From Antechinus flavipes (lineage: Eukaryota), in assembly GCF_016432865.1 (NCBI RefSeq), contig NC_067403.1:255998001-256062000 (forward strand): a stretch of DNA of 64,000 bases, given 5' to 3'. Shown here in pieces: positions 49,157 to 60,300 of this stretch. The position numbers and the translations under genes are program-made. Position 1 is the first letter of the stretch; the number at the start of each line of letters is the position of its first letter. The notes beneath the pieces were generated by a model. The model did no database searches. It saw nothing but the letters and a program-made list of their open reading frames with translations, and was not told the DNA's origin.

Positions 49157-49337
49157 CAGTGGGTCCAAATGAGCCCAAATAGGGGCCAGACAGACGCCCA
49201 AAGGGCCCCAGACACCCAAGTGGGCCCAAACAGACACCAAATGGGCCCAAATGGCTCCAGACACCAAATGGGCCCAAATGGGTCCAAACAGATGCCCAAA
49301 TGGGCCTAACTGGGTCCAAATGAGTCCAGACAGACCC
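49157..49337. repeat. degenerate ~10-bp minisatellite (TGGGCCCAAA / CAGACAC units)
   Basis: gggtccaaat gagcccaaat ... gggcccaaac agacaccaaa tgggcccaaa repeated about 15 times with variation. Confidence 0.75.
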
Positions 49338-52300
49338 ATCTCAGCAACAAGCTCCACCTTGAAATTTTACAGAAAAAAAGGTTTCACAACTTTCTGTATA
49401 GTCTGGGGTCTAGTGAGAGGAAACCATTATTTTTATCAAGCTAAATATCTTAAAATACTTAACTGAGCTCCGTGGTGTATGAAGAACTGGCTGCCATCCC
49501 CCCAATTCATTCATTCTTTTGTTCATCCATCCATAACCATTTATGAAATATCTACTGTTTACCACCATCCATGCAATGAATGCAAATCAATTAAAATGTC
49601 GCTTGGTCATCTATACTCAAGGAACACAAATGCAAAGGGTGGGCTTTGCTTATTGTCGGGTAGGGAGAATCAGGGGCCTACATAAGGATTGTACAGTGCA
49701 AACGTCCACACTCTTGGGGTCCAGACAGAATCTTCTGGGAAGTTGGAGGGAAGAGCTCGATGGCAGCTGAGGGGAGGAAGGGCATCTTAGAGGAAGGGCA
49801 CCTGAGCTAGAAGGAGATTTCCAGAGGCAGGGAAGGGACTGGGGCCAGCCCCGGGCAAAGGCCTGTTGGCAAGAGAAGAGAGGAAGAAATCGGGGAATGG
49901 GAGGGAGTTCAGTCGGGTGTGGGCACGGAGCCCGCCCCTGAAGGGAGTGGAGTAAAATAAAACTGAAAGGACCAGTTGGAGCTGAGGAAGGCCAGGGCCT
50001 GACTGACAAGGAGCCAACATTTTATCCCATGGACTATGGGGAGCCTTGGAAAGGTTTTGGGCAGGGGGTGAAGGGTCTCATGGGAGCCCTAGGAGACAGT
50101 CAGGCATGTGGGTTCCTCCAGTATGTAGGGTGGCCTGCAGCTCACCAGAAGCCGCCAGCTCCACAGTTGGGTCTGTGGCCTAGGGAGTCCTGGGGACCCA
50201 ATGCCTGGCCCTGTGGCTTGGACCTGGGGTCTTGTGGCTCCTTAGGCGGCAGCCCCTTTAGGAATGATGGGCACCTGCTTCTGGGCCCTCGAGGGAACCT
50301 TGAGTACACACAGATCAACCCTCAGAACTGCCCCACCCAAGGGGAAAGTCCTTGAGTTTGACACAGCTGGGAGTCCATTGCTAAGCTGCTCTTGGTTCGG
50401 ACAGAGGGGCCTGGGCTTCTCTGGCCCATGGGAAAGCTCCTTCCACACAGGGGCTGGCAGGTCCAGAATAGAACCTCGAGAGCCAAGCCCTTTGGCCCAG
50501 GGTCCCACAACCTCCTCCCGGCTCCCTCACACCCGCACCAACTGCCTCTGGAAATATCCCGGGGAGGGCAGAGCCAAAGCCAGTCCCTTAAGAGTCAGGG
50601 CCGGCTCTCCCAGGGCATTCTCTCCACTCCCCAGATCCGGGGTTCTGAATCTTTTCTGGGGCACAGCCCCACAGCAGATGAAGCCTCTGGATTTTTCAGA
50701 ATAATGTTTTAGTTTTCAGAATAATGTAATGTTTAATAATGTTTCATAACCGAAGGAAATGGGCTATTTCACTTTGAGGTCCGTGAAAATCAAGATTTTT
50801 TTCCAGCCACATTTCTGGAGTCCTTGCAATCTGCCCTTGGATGCCCCAGTCTCAATGCCAGGGGGCCAAGCTCTCAATCCCAGAATCCTTTGGGGGTACG
50901 AGACCTCTCAGTCTGGGGAGCCAGGACCCTTGTTCTCCGCCCCTCCCTAGGGAGCTTCCACCTTCTATTTGAAGGACCTCAGTTTCCCTGGAGACTGGGC
51001 TGGGGGGAGGGGCTGATTTTGCCTTCCCCGAGATGTCCCTTTTTGTCTGAGCTGGGGATGATCTCAGCCTCTTCACTTGCTTCACTTTGGGGACCTGCGT
51101 CACCATGCAGGCAAAAGCTTCCGAGCCGCAGAGGCTGCCGCAGAGGCTGCCGCAGAGATGGGGGAGGGGAAGGCTTGTGCCTCGTCAGAGCCCGCAGAGT
51201 TCTGGGTGGGAGGGGAGCTGGGAGGGAGCCCGCCCGGAGCCAGAATGGAGGAAACGCTCCATCTCAGCTAGCTGTCATTGTTCCTTTCTGGGCCGGGAGA
51301 CAGAGTCAGCAGCCCCAGAGCCCTCTGATTCATCCTTCCCCTCCTCCCCCCTCCACCCCAGGGCAGCTAGGAGCTGGCAGGACTAGGCAGAGGCACGGTG
51401 GGCTTGGCCCTGTGGGGGATTGAGCCTCAGTTTCCCCGTCTATAAAGGAAGTAGTAGAGTAGCTGCCACTCTTGTCTATGGAGGAGGGCATGCCCCCTCC
51501 CTTCCCTTCTGCCTGCCACCCAGGGCCCTTCTCCTCTGCTGATCGACCAGGAACAAAACCAAAGGACTTGAGAGATGGGCCCCGAAAAGCTCGAAATCTC
51601 TCCTTGTTCTTCAGAGGAACGGGCTCCCCAAACTCTGGGCTGGAGCCTGAGAGAGGGGCTGAGGTGGGCAGAGGGCGGAAGCGGGTCCTGGCAGACGCGG
51701 GGGCATCCACAAAGGCTCCATTGTAGGGGCCCAGGCCAGCGAACACTTGACTTTTCATCACTTGCAGCTGCGCCTTGGGTGGGAGGCAGCGGCATCCATG
51801 GCCCACTTCCTGCTCCCTGATGGGCCACCTGTGGGCTACCCCTCCCCCACCACGGTCCTTCTCAGAGCGGCCCTTACTCCCAGGCCCCCCTTCAGCCTCC
51901 TTTTTAGCCGAAGAACTGGAGTGAAGCCTTGCAGAGATTCCCAGACACCCCAGATCCAGAGACTCAGTGTGGGAAAGGGCCCCCGCCTTCCCCAGAATGC
52001 TCTGGAAAACGAACCCACCAAGTCCTCCAAGCTCTACTTGGAGACTCATTGCCCATTCCCCTGTGGGGGCAAGCTCTGAATTCTGGAAAAGCTCTTTTCC
52101 TCTTGGAGAATGACTGGGAAGAATGAGAGGGAGGGCTAGAAACAACTAACCTGAATTTTGTTTCCTGAGTCTATGAGAATATAAGTTCTTTCTGTAAAGA
52201 GACAATAAACTCCTAAGTGGGCAAGACAGCATTGAATTAAACTTTTGAGACTAAAAGGTTTTTTTGTTTTTGTTTTGAATCAGATCTTGTATGAACCGAT

Positions 52301-54289
52301 TGGGATTGGACTAGGTTCCCTGAAGGGCCCCTATAAACGCCCTGGGGGACATGAGGCCTTAAGGATAGAAGACAAGAGTTCGAAAAAGTGAGATCAGCGC
52401 CTGAAATAGGTCGTGGTAAAGGGGGATGAGGAGATGGACTTTAGGGGGGCATAAAAGGGAGGATTAGTGAGGTTAAAGCCATCCCAAGGTGAATGGGAAA
52501 GGCCTCGGTTGTGCTTCTGGTGCCCATTGACTGAGGAATGGTTAACCAAATATTGGTCTAGGAATGTCCCGGAATTTTCCTGGGCTCTGGGAAGTGATAG
52601 ATGGGATGAATCTAAGTCGGCCGAGCCCAGAAAATATTAAGACATTCTATTTGTGATGAGGTGAATGCAAATGGAAAGAACCAGAGAGCCCCGTGAATGC
52701 AAACTGTAATGAGGCCAAAACATGGACTGTGAAAAAAGATGGGAGAGCAGGCGCCTGCTCAGCCCTTTGAAGGAGTCTGGAGGTCAACAATTATCGTGCA
52801 GTGCATCCTGATGAATTATCAGCCATACTGATCCCCCCCCCCCCTCTTTTTTTGGTCTTTAATAATACTAGTTGTTAAATGGGATGAGCTTTGGGAAGGA
52901 TTAAGGGAAGGGCTAACTGGGGTATTCTAGAAGGATATTTTAAAAAAGATATTAATAAAAACTAATTTTTAAAAAAGTAGCTTCTGAAACATAATTGAAA
53001 GCCCCCTTGAGGAGAGAGGGATATAATAATATAAGTATAATATAAAAGGAATGCAACGATGAGCGTGGGTCCAGCTAATTCAGACAAGGAAATCCTGAGA
53101 GGGCCCCATGATGCAATCCGAGAAGAGCAACTGGAGAGCATTCCGATATGAGAAAGACAAAGATGGTGATTCAGTGATGGCGTTTTCTGAGGTTCTCATC
53201 AAAATTAGCCTCAGCAGAGAAAGCTCCATTCCATGGGGCGGCCTCTTTCAGGCAGCTGTCAGGGCCGATAAGCCCTTTGGGTGCCAGAGGACATTTCTGA
53301 GCCTCTCCCCAATGCAGCAAAGGGACAGCTGGATCTGTGCTCTCCTAGAAAACTGAGCTCCAGTGTCTGGCCGCTCCTAGAACAGTGACTGACTGTCAGC
53401 AAGGGCCAGTTGCCCATGGGCTCCAGCTGGCTCTTATCTCTAAAGTGGGGGCTGCTCTTTTCTACTCCCCCCAGGGCTAATTACAAGAGTCCAGACCACA
53501 ACAGGACTCAGAGTCCTTGTTATTGTTAATTCTAGGACGGTCAGAAGGGAGGAGGGGCAGGGTGACAAAAGGGGGCAGAATGAGAGCAATGTGACCCACG
53601 GGAAGGCTCTGGGCCTCAGGTTGGGGGGTGACTAACTGGAAGCCCGGACCTCATTCTCTGGCTCGCCTGCTTCACTGCTGGGGGACCCCTCATTTCCCAA
53701 GGGCCCCAGAACTGCAGCTGCTGCTCCCCTTACCCCCCATTTACTTTTCCTACCAAGAGAAAGAGAATTCAGTAGGACACAAGCAAAGCTGGCAGCCCCC
53801 AGGGGCTGGTCTGGGCGATGTGGCGGGGTGTGGCCACCTGTGTGATGGGGCTCTGGCTAGGCTACGGAGGGAGGCCCCAGCCGTGAGGGATTGGGACCCT
53901 GGCCGGCCCTGGCTTCCTTCTAAGCCGAAGGGGCAGCGCTGCATGGCCTTAAAAGGATCCCCAGCCCTGCCCCCTTCACCCTCAAACAGGCAAACAGGTT
54001 TGTGTTCTTCTCCCTTGTGCCCCTCAAACTCCCCTTTCTACCGTGGGATGGAGGGGGGGGAGAGGAGACTGTCTGCCCAGCCCGGATTCTTTCTGTGAGA
54101 GGGAACCCACCCCCTCCCACGGGTTCACAGGATTCCCCACAACCTCCCCTTGCCCCATTAAACGCTCTTTTTTTCTGCCCGGACTCGTGGTCCCTTCACA
54201 TCCTGGGTCTCAGTTTCCCCATCCTGTAAAATTTGGGGGTTGGGCTAAATGGACTCAAGGGGATCACCCCCCCCCCCCAATCGTTCTCT

Positions 54290-55090
54290 GGGCCTCAGGA
54301 CGCCACAGAAAAGGGAGAGAGGACATCATCTTCTTCCCTTCCCCCACGAAAAGCAGAAAAAGGCCGCAGTAAGAAGATGGGGGCGGGGGGGGGGGGAAGA
54401 AAAGAGCAACGCATGCGCAGTGACTCACTGCACCAATTCACGCCGCACCCGCGGGCGGCCAGGGGCGGTTGCAGCCGGTTAGAACCGGCCGAGGCCGCAC
54501 GCGCGAGCTGAGCAAGACACAAAGGGAGGGGGAACCATCTCACCCTCTGCAGCGATATCCCTGCGCCCGTCGCCCCACCTCTTCTCTGCGCATGCTCGTT
54601 TCTCTTCTCTCGCCTCTGTCTCCTTCCTCTCCCTCCCCCCCTCCCCCAACCCAGGGAGCCGAGCTTGCTCTGACCCCCAGAAGGACTTTAGCGAAGGGGA
54701 ACTATTAGAATGGGGAAAGACCCCGGATGGGCCGTAGCTGTTCCAGAATCTTTAGAATCTGGCCCCGTAGGCCCCGTGGTACTTGAGTAAATACGGGCCC
54801 GGAAGCCTCCTTGACCTTGGGAAAGGAAGGAGACTTCCCAGTGTGGGGGCGCACCCGGGGAGGGAGGGGGTTGCAGATTCCCGCCTTTGAGCCCCTCCGG
54901 ATCCTGCGTCCGGCCTCTGCCTCCTCACAGCCGACCTCGGTCCTCAAAACCCTAAAAGCGAGTCTGGTCATGTCCCCCCCTCCCCCTCCCGTGTGCCAAG
55001 CTCCCTTCGTAGCACATAATACTGAAGCCTGCCATTTTGTGGGGCCCGAAGGGGAAAACCAGGTTCCAACGTTGCAGACGCTATTTCATT
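54290..55090 (+). promoter_or_regulatory. CpG island upstream of MALAT1 (candidate distal promoter)
   Basis: CpG-dense; NRF1-like CGCATGCGCA (54410-19) and TGCGCATGC (54587-95); YY1-like GCCATTTT (55031-38). Confidence 0.55.
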
Positions 55091-57239
55091 CTGCTTGAGA
55101 CGATTGATTGTTAAACCAACAAAAGTAAATCAGGCTTTTCAAGGTTCTGCACAATTTAACTGATGTCTTTAAGCCAGCTCCCTCCCACCTGAAGGGCAAA
55201 CAAGTAAAAGTTTAAGTCGTGCTTTGCCAAATGAGATTATCAGCATTGTTAGGAAAAGTGCAGTAGGAGAAAGGGGAAAAGGGGAAAAGGTCATTTCCAT
55301 TTTTCTTAAACTTCTTAAATCTTGTTTTGATATCAGCGTTTTCAAAAACTCCCCTCAGTGTCCCCTTGAGCTCCTTCCCTAAATAGATATTAAAATAATC
55401 AGATTTGTATTGTGAAAATCCTGTGTCATTAGTCATTTTTGGAATGGTTAACCTCTCCCGAAGATGTTATCCGGGAATTGCACAAATCATGAAAGGCTAC
55501 AGATTGGACTGGAATGGAGTGGGGAGCTCCAAATGACTTCCAAAAATCATTTCTATCCTGGCAAATGGAGGCTTAAAGTGTTTTATCTACATGACCTTGG
55601 GCCAACATCCCCAGTCTCTGGGCTAGCCTGTAAATTAAGGATATTGCATTATGGAAAGTTAAATTTCTCTAGGATCTGTGCCTCAGTTTCCTGATTTGTT
55701 CATCTTGATCTAGATTCTAAGTCAGAGATTCTTCTGTGTGTAAATCTACGAATAGATATTTCTTCAGTATATTTTCAAATGCATAAAATACAGAGATTAC
55801 AAGGGAAACCAATTATGTTGAAATAACAGCGACATATATATGTTGACATCTGCACATATTCATACAGATAGTTAAGTTCATGGGCTTCTAAGGTTTTTCT
55901 CAATCTGCAAATTCAATAAAATGCCTTCCTGGGCCATCCTTTCCTCATCTATAAAATGGAGGAGGTGAAGTAGAAGGAGGCTTTTTAATGTTCCTGCATT
56001 TCTGACCGTTAGTTCAGGAACGGGGAGAACAAAGCGTCTGGAATTAGTTAAAAGCCAGCCTCTGGTCTGAAAACCAAAAAAAAAAAAAAAATTAAGATTT
56101 TCACTGATGGGAAACATTTAAAAAAAAGCTGAGTTTGTGGAGGGACAAAATGGAGACAGGCCTTTTGTGATGCATCAATCTTGCATTGCTGAGTTTTAGA
56201 AAATGCAGAAACTTCAAGTAGGAAAACTAGACAAATTTTCCTAAAAATCAAAGGAACATGAAGTTGTCCTGAGTATAGAATGTTGGAACCAATTTTGCAG
56301 CCATCTGGCCTTTATTTGCAGCCATTTTCTTTTTTTTTTTCCTAAATAGTATTTTATTTTTCCAAAATCCCTATATAGTTTTCTACATTTTTAAAAAAGC
56401 TTTTTACTTTTCCAAAACAGTGGACAATTCTTCAACATTAGCCTTTGCAAAACCGCGTTCCGATCTTCCCCTTCCCCCCACGCCCTCCCCCAGATGGCGA
56501 GTAGTCCGATACATGTGCAAGCATTTTCAAGACAAGACCTGGAATAGAAAGCTAATAAGGACTTTTGGGGACTCCTTCCCTTCCCCATCCCCACGGGGCA
56601 GGAGAAAGGGGGGTGCTTTTTAGTAGCTCCGAGGGAAAGTGGCCGCAGGGCAGGGGTCCCGCAGTAGGCCCGAGAATTGAGAGACAGAGAGAACACGGAG
56701 AGAAACAGAGAGAAGAGAGAAAGGGCCAGACAGGGCCGAGGCGGGTGGGAAAAAGCAGAAGGAAATCGGCCCGCAGCCTAGGGAGGCCCGGGGCTTACTA
56801 CAGAGTTGCCCCTGGCCATTGTTCTCAGTTCTTCCCCTTCCCCCACACTCCCCTTGTTCTTTTGTAAATCTCCCCTTTGCTGCGCTTCTCTCCCCTCCCC
56901 CTCCTTGTTCACGTCCCGGCTCTGGGGCTTTTCCAAAGCCCGGGGCGGTGGGGACCTGGAAAGCCCGAGGTTTTAGGCTTCGGGGTGGGGGCTCCCCGCT
57001 AGGGCCTTTCCAGAGGATGCCCCTACCTCCGTTTTCCTAGGTCTAAGCTGGCAGTCAAATGGCTTTGCGGGACCTTAGATTTTTCTAGAACTTCGTTCTC
57101 TATTTAATGCAGAAAATTAGCTGGCACTATCTCCTCCGCATAAAACTCACTTTCGGCCCGAGTTTGAGAAGGGGGGGAGGTGAAAGGAAGTAAAATTTGG
57201 CTTGCCGGGTGGGGGGGATCCTGCTAGGGACTATTTTTG

Positions 57240-57330
57240 CTTGCCTAACAAAGGGGGCGGAGGGTTATGTGTTCTTGGCGGTGAGGCTGTCCGTGGTGTA
57301 TAAATACAGCTCCTCCCAACGCCCTCTCAG
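57240..57330 (+). promoter_or_regulatory. MALAT1 core promoter (GC box plus TATA)
   Basis: GGGGGCGGAG (57253-62) and TATAAATA (57299-306); resembles the human MALAT1 major-TSS context as I recall it (caaaggcggcggaagg...tataaatac). Confidence 0.75.
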
Positions 57331-60300
57331 GCAGACGGCAGGCAGAGCAGCTAGGCGCTAGACCAGGTAGGACGAGGGAGCTGCAAGGGAGGCCTTTTGA
57401 GGCATTTTAAGTCGGAAGTTGTTTACTGTTTTGAGGTAGGAGAGCTGAGGCTTGCGTAGGTGAAATGGCTTTTAGCTAGCTTTAATTCTTAATCTCAATT
57501 TGAGGCATTTTACGCTTTTATGTAATGAAAATTGTTTTAGGAAGCCAGATGGAGGTTATTGGTTTAAAAGACTATCGGAAGGAGGCAGATAGGAGAAATG
57601 AGCTAATTTTAAAAGGAGAAGGTTGAAGCCAGATCAGGAAAAATAATTGGAAAAAACTCCCAGGGAAGGAATCTTTTATCTCAATTTAAAGCCGAGACTT
57701 CTTTTGTGAAGGGCAAAATCGGCCATATTTGAGCTCATTTGGAATGGGAAGGAAATTGGAATTTGAGTGATTTGTATAAAATAGGCGCCAGTCTTAGGTC
57801 TAAGCAGCAAAGCGAGAGCCTTAGCGAATGTATTGAAGATGGGAAATTTCACAAAAAGATCAAACAGAAAACAATAGAAAATAGAAGAAAAGAGGGAGAG
57901 GAACAAAAACTTTTAAAATGGCAGCTTTAGAGAGAAGATAGCAAGACAGAACTTTTTCAGCATCTGAACGGCAGGAACAAGCAAAGAGAAAAAACAGGAA
58001 ACTACAGAAATAGATCCAAAATCAGCGAGGGAGAGGGGGAGGGAAAACTGCGAGAGAACGTTTAGAAGAAAAACGTAGGGAAGATAGCAAGAACAATTTG
58101 AAGAAAATTGAGAAATAAACAAGATTGAAAGAGGAAGATTTAGAAGTAAGGAAAAGATAGCAACATTTTGAAGAAGGAAAATAGGAACAATTAGAAGAAA
58201 GAAAATAGAAGTTAGAAAATTGAAGAATAGAAAATTAGAAAAATAGCAAGAGGTTTGAAGAAAAATAGGATTGAAAGAAATGGAACAATTTGAAGAAGGA
58301 AAATAGAAGTTAGAAAAGCAATTTGAAGAATAGAAAATAGAAAATAGCCGAAGAAGGAAGATAGGATTTAAAAAAATAGCAAGTGAACAATTTTGAAGAA
58401 TGAAAATAGAAGTTAGAAAAAAACAAGATTGAAGAGGATACTAGAAGTTAGAAAAAATAGCAAGAGGACAAATTGGAAGAACAAAATAGAACAAATTGGC
58501 ATTGAAAGAAAGAAAAAAAAACTTAGAATCAACTTAGGATGAGTAAAGAATTTGAGGACAGGCTACTAAATGAATTAGCAGAGCATTTTTGGAATGGTCA
58601 TTTTGACAGAAAAAAAACTAGAAAAATGGTAGCCATAGAATTTTCAAGAAAAACCCAATAGAAGAAATTCTAGGAAATTTGACAAGATAAAATTAGCTAA
58701 AGGAATAGGGAAAAAATAGAAAAACCACGGAAGAAAATAGTTAATTAGTCAAAAATAGGAAAATAGAAGAAAAGAAGACAAAAATGGAAGAAAATTAGGC
58801 AAAAATTAGCTTAGTAAATTAATCTTTTATTAGAGCCAAATTTGAAGATAGAAAAAATAGCTTAAAAAAGAGCTCTTTAGGAGGAACTAAAAATTGCACC
58901 CTCCTAAGCTAAATGTAGTTGGTAAATCAGGTTAAGATTGGAAGCTACAGAAGAGGAGGCAGCCAGCGTAGAAGAGGAGCGATTTAGGATTCCAGGAAGA
59001 GGGCACTCCCTCGGGCAAGGGCCCTTTGAAAGCTAGTTGACGTAGCTGCTGTTAGGGCCATGGACTTAATTTTAAAAGGCCAGCGTTTTTGAAGATGATT
59101 AAGCTAGAAACCTGCGTAGGGGCCACTAGCTATTTAAAGCTAACTTATTTTAAGATGATTAAATATGGGACTTTAAAAAAAAAAAAAAAGCCCTTGCCCA
59201 TTGGACTGAGCTATTTTGCAAGAGTAATTGAGGGAGTGCCCGGCGGCCGGAGCGGCCGCGAAGCCAGCTAGAAAGGAGAAGCGGCAGCGGCAGACAGGAC
59301 CAGGACCAGGACTCTGGACAGGGCCAGCCCGCGAGGACAGGAGGAAGGAGCAGAAGCAGCAGCCACAGCAGCAGCAGCAGCAGCCAGGCTGGTTGAAGCT
59401 AGGAAGGAGGCCCCCCCCACCCCCGCCCTGACAGGAGAGAGCAGCGTGCGCCCCCCCTAGGCGAGCCAGGACCTCAGAGCAGAGCAGAGAGCCGCGCGGC
59501 GGAGGACAGGAAGGCAGGGCCAAGGAGGGCGCAGCTAGCGCGGTGCCGAGACGCGGTCGGTGCAGCTGGGAGCCAGCGTGGCCACAGTAGGGCCCTTAGA
59601 GGCTGCGGCAGGGCCCTGAGCGAGCGGTGGTAAATCGGGAAGCTTTGGTTTGTTTCTCTGCTTGATAAGCCAGTAATGAATGCCTCTGAATGTGGGGACG
59701 GGGGGAGTACGGTGTGGCCTCGGTAGCTCAGGCACGGTACTCGGGCAGCCTAGCTGTGGATTTGTATGTAACGAGTTTCTCTCGGGGATGTCTGTCTGTT
59801 GGTCGGTTTTGGGGTGTTTGTAGGGTTTCTCTCTTTTCAGTGCCTCTGTCTTGTCTGAAGCTTTTGGGGGCAGTCTGCCAAGCTGGAGTGTTAACTGTCT
59901 GCCCAATTAGGATGCCTGCAGGTTTCCTTTCAAATAAGAATGAATGGTAGCTAGCCATTATTGCCATAATTTAAAAAACAAAGCAAATTGAGGGCAATCA
60001 ATCGAGTGAGCCTGAAGAGAGCTGGACACCCCTGCACCTTGTGAGGAAGTGTAAGCAACTGGATTGCAAGCAGTTAAGTTAATCTTTCAGCTTGGACAAA
60101 TTTTGAGTATTTTTATTTTATGCCTAAACTTCTTTTTCCTTCCCTCCCACCCCTCAAATTTTAATTTTCGTAGTAAGAATGTTTTAAACTGTTTTTTGGG
60201 GGTCTTTAAAACGGGTAGGAATTGGGGAGGGCAAAATTTTGTTCAGTTCTTTTCCCCCCAGGTGTTTTCTAGAGCGCAAGGTCAGATGACTCGAATAACA

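Noticed and set aside
57082-57097. Heat-shock element upstream of the MALAT1 TATA box (TTCTAGAACTTC)
   Set aside because: Only two correctly phased nGAAn units; the third is off by one base.
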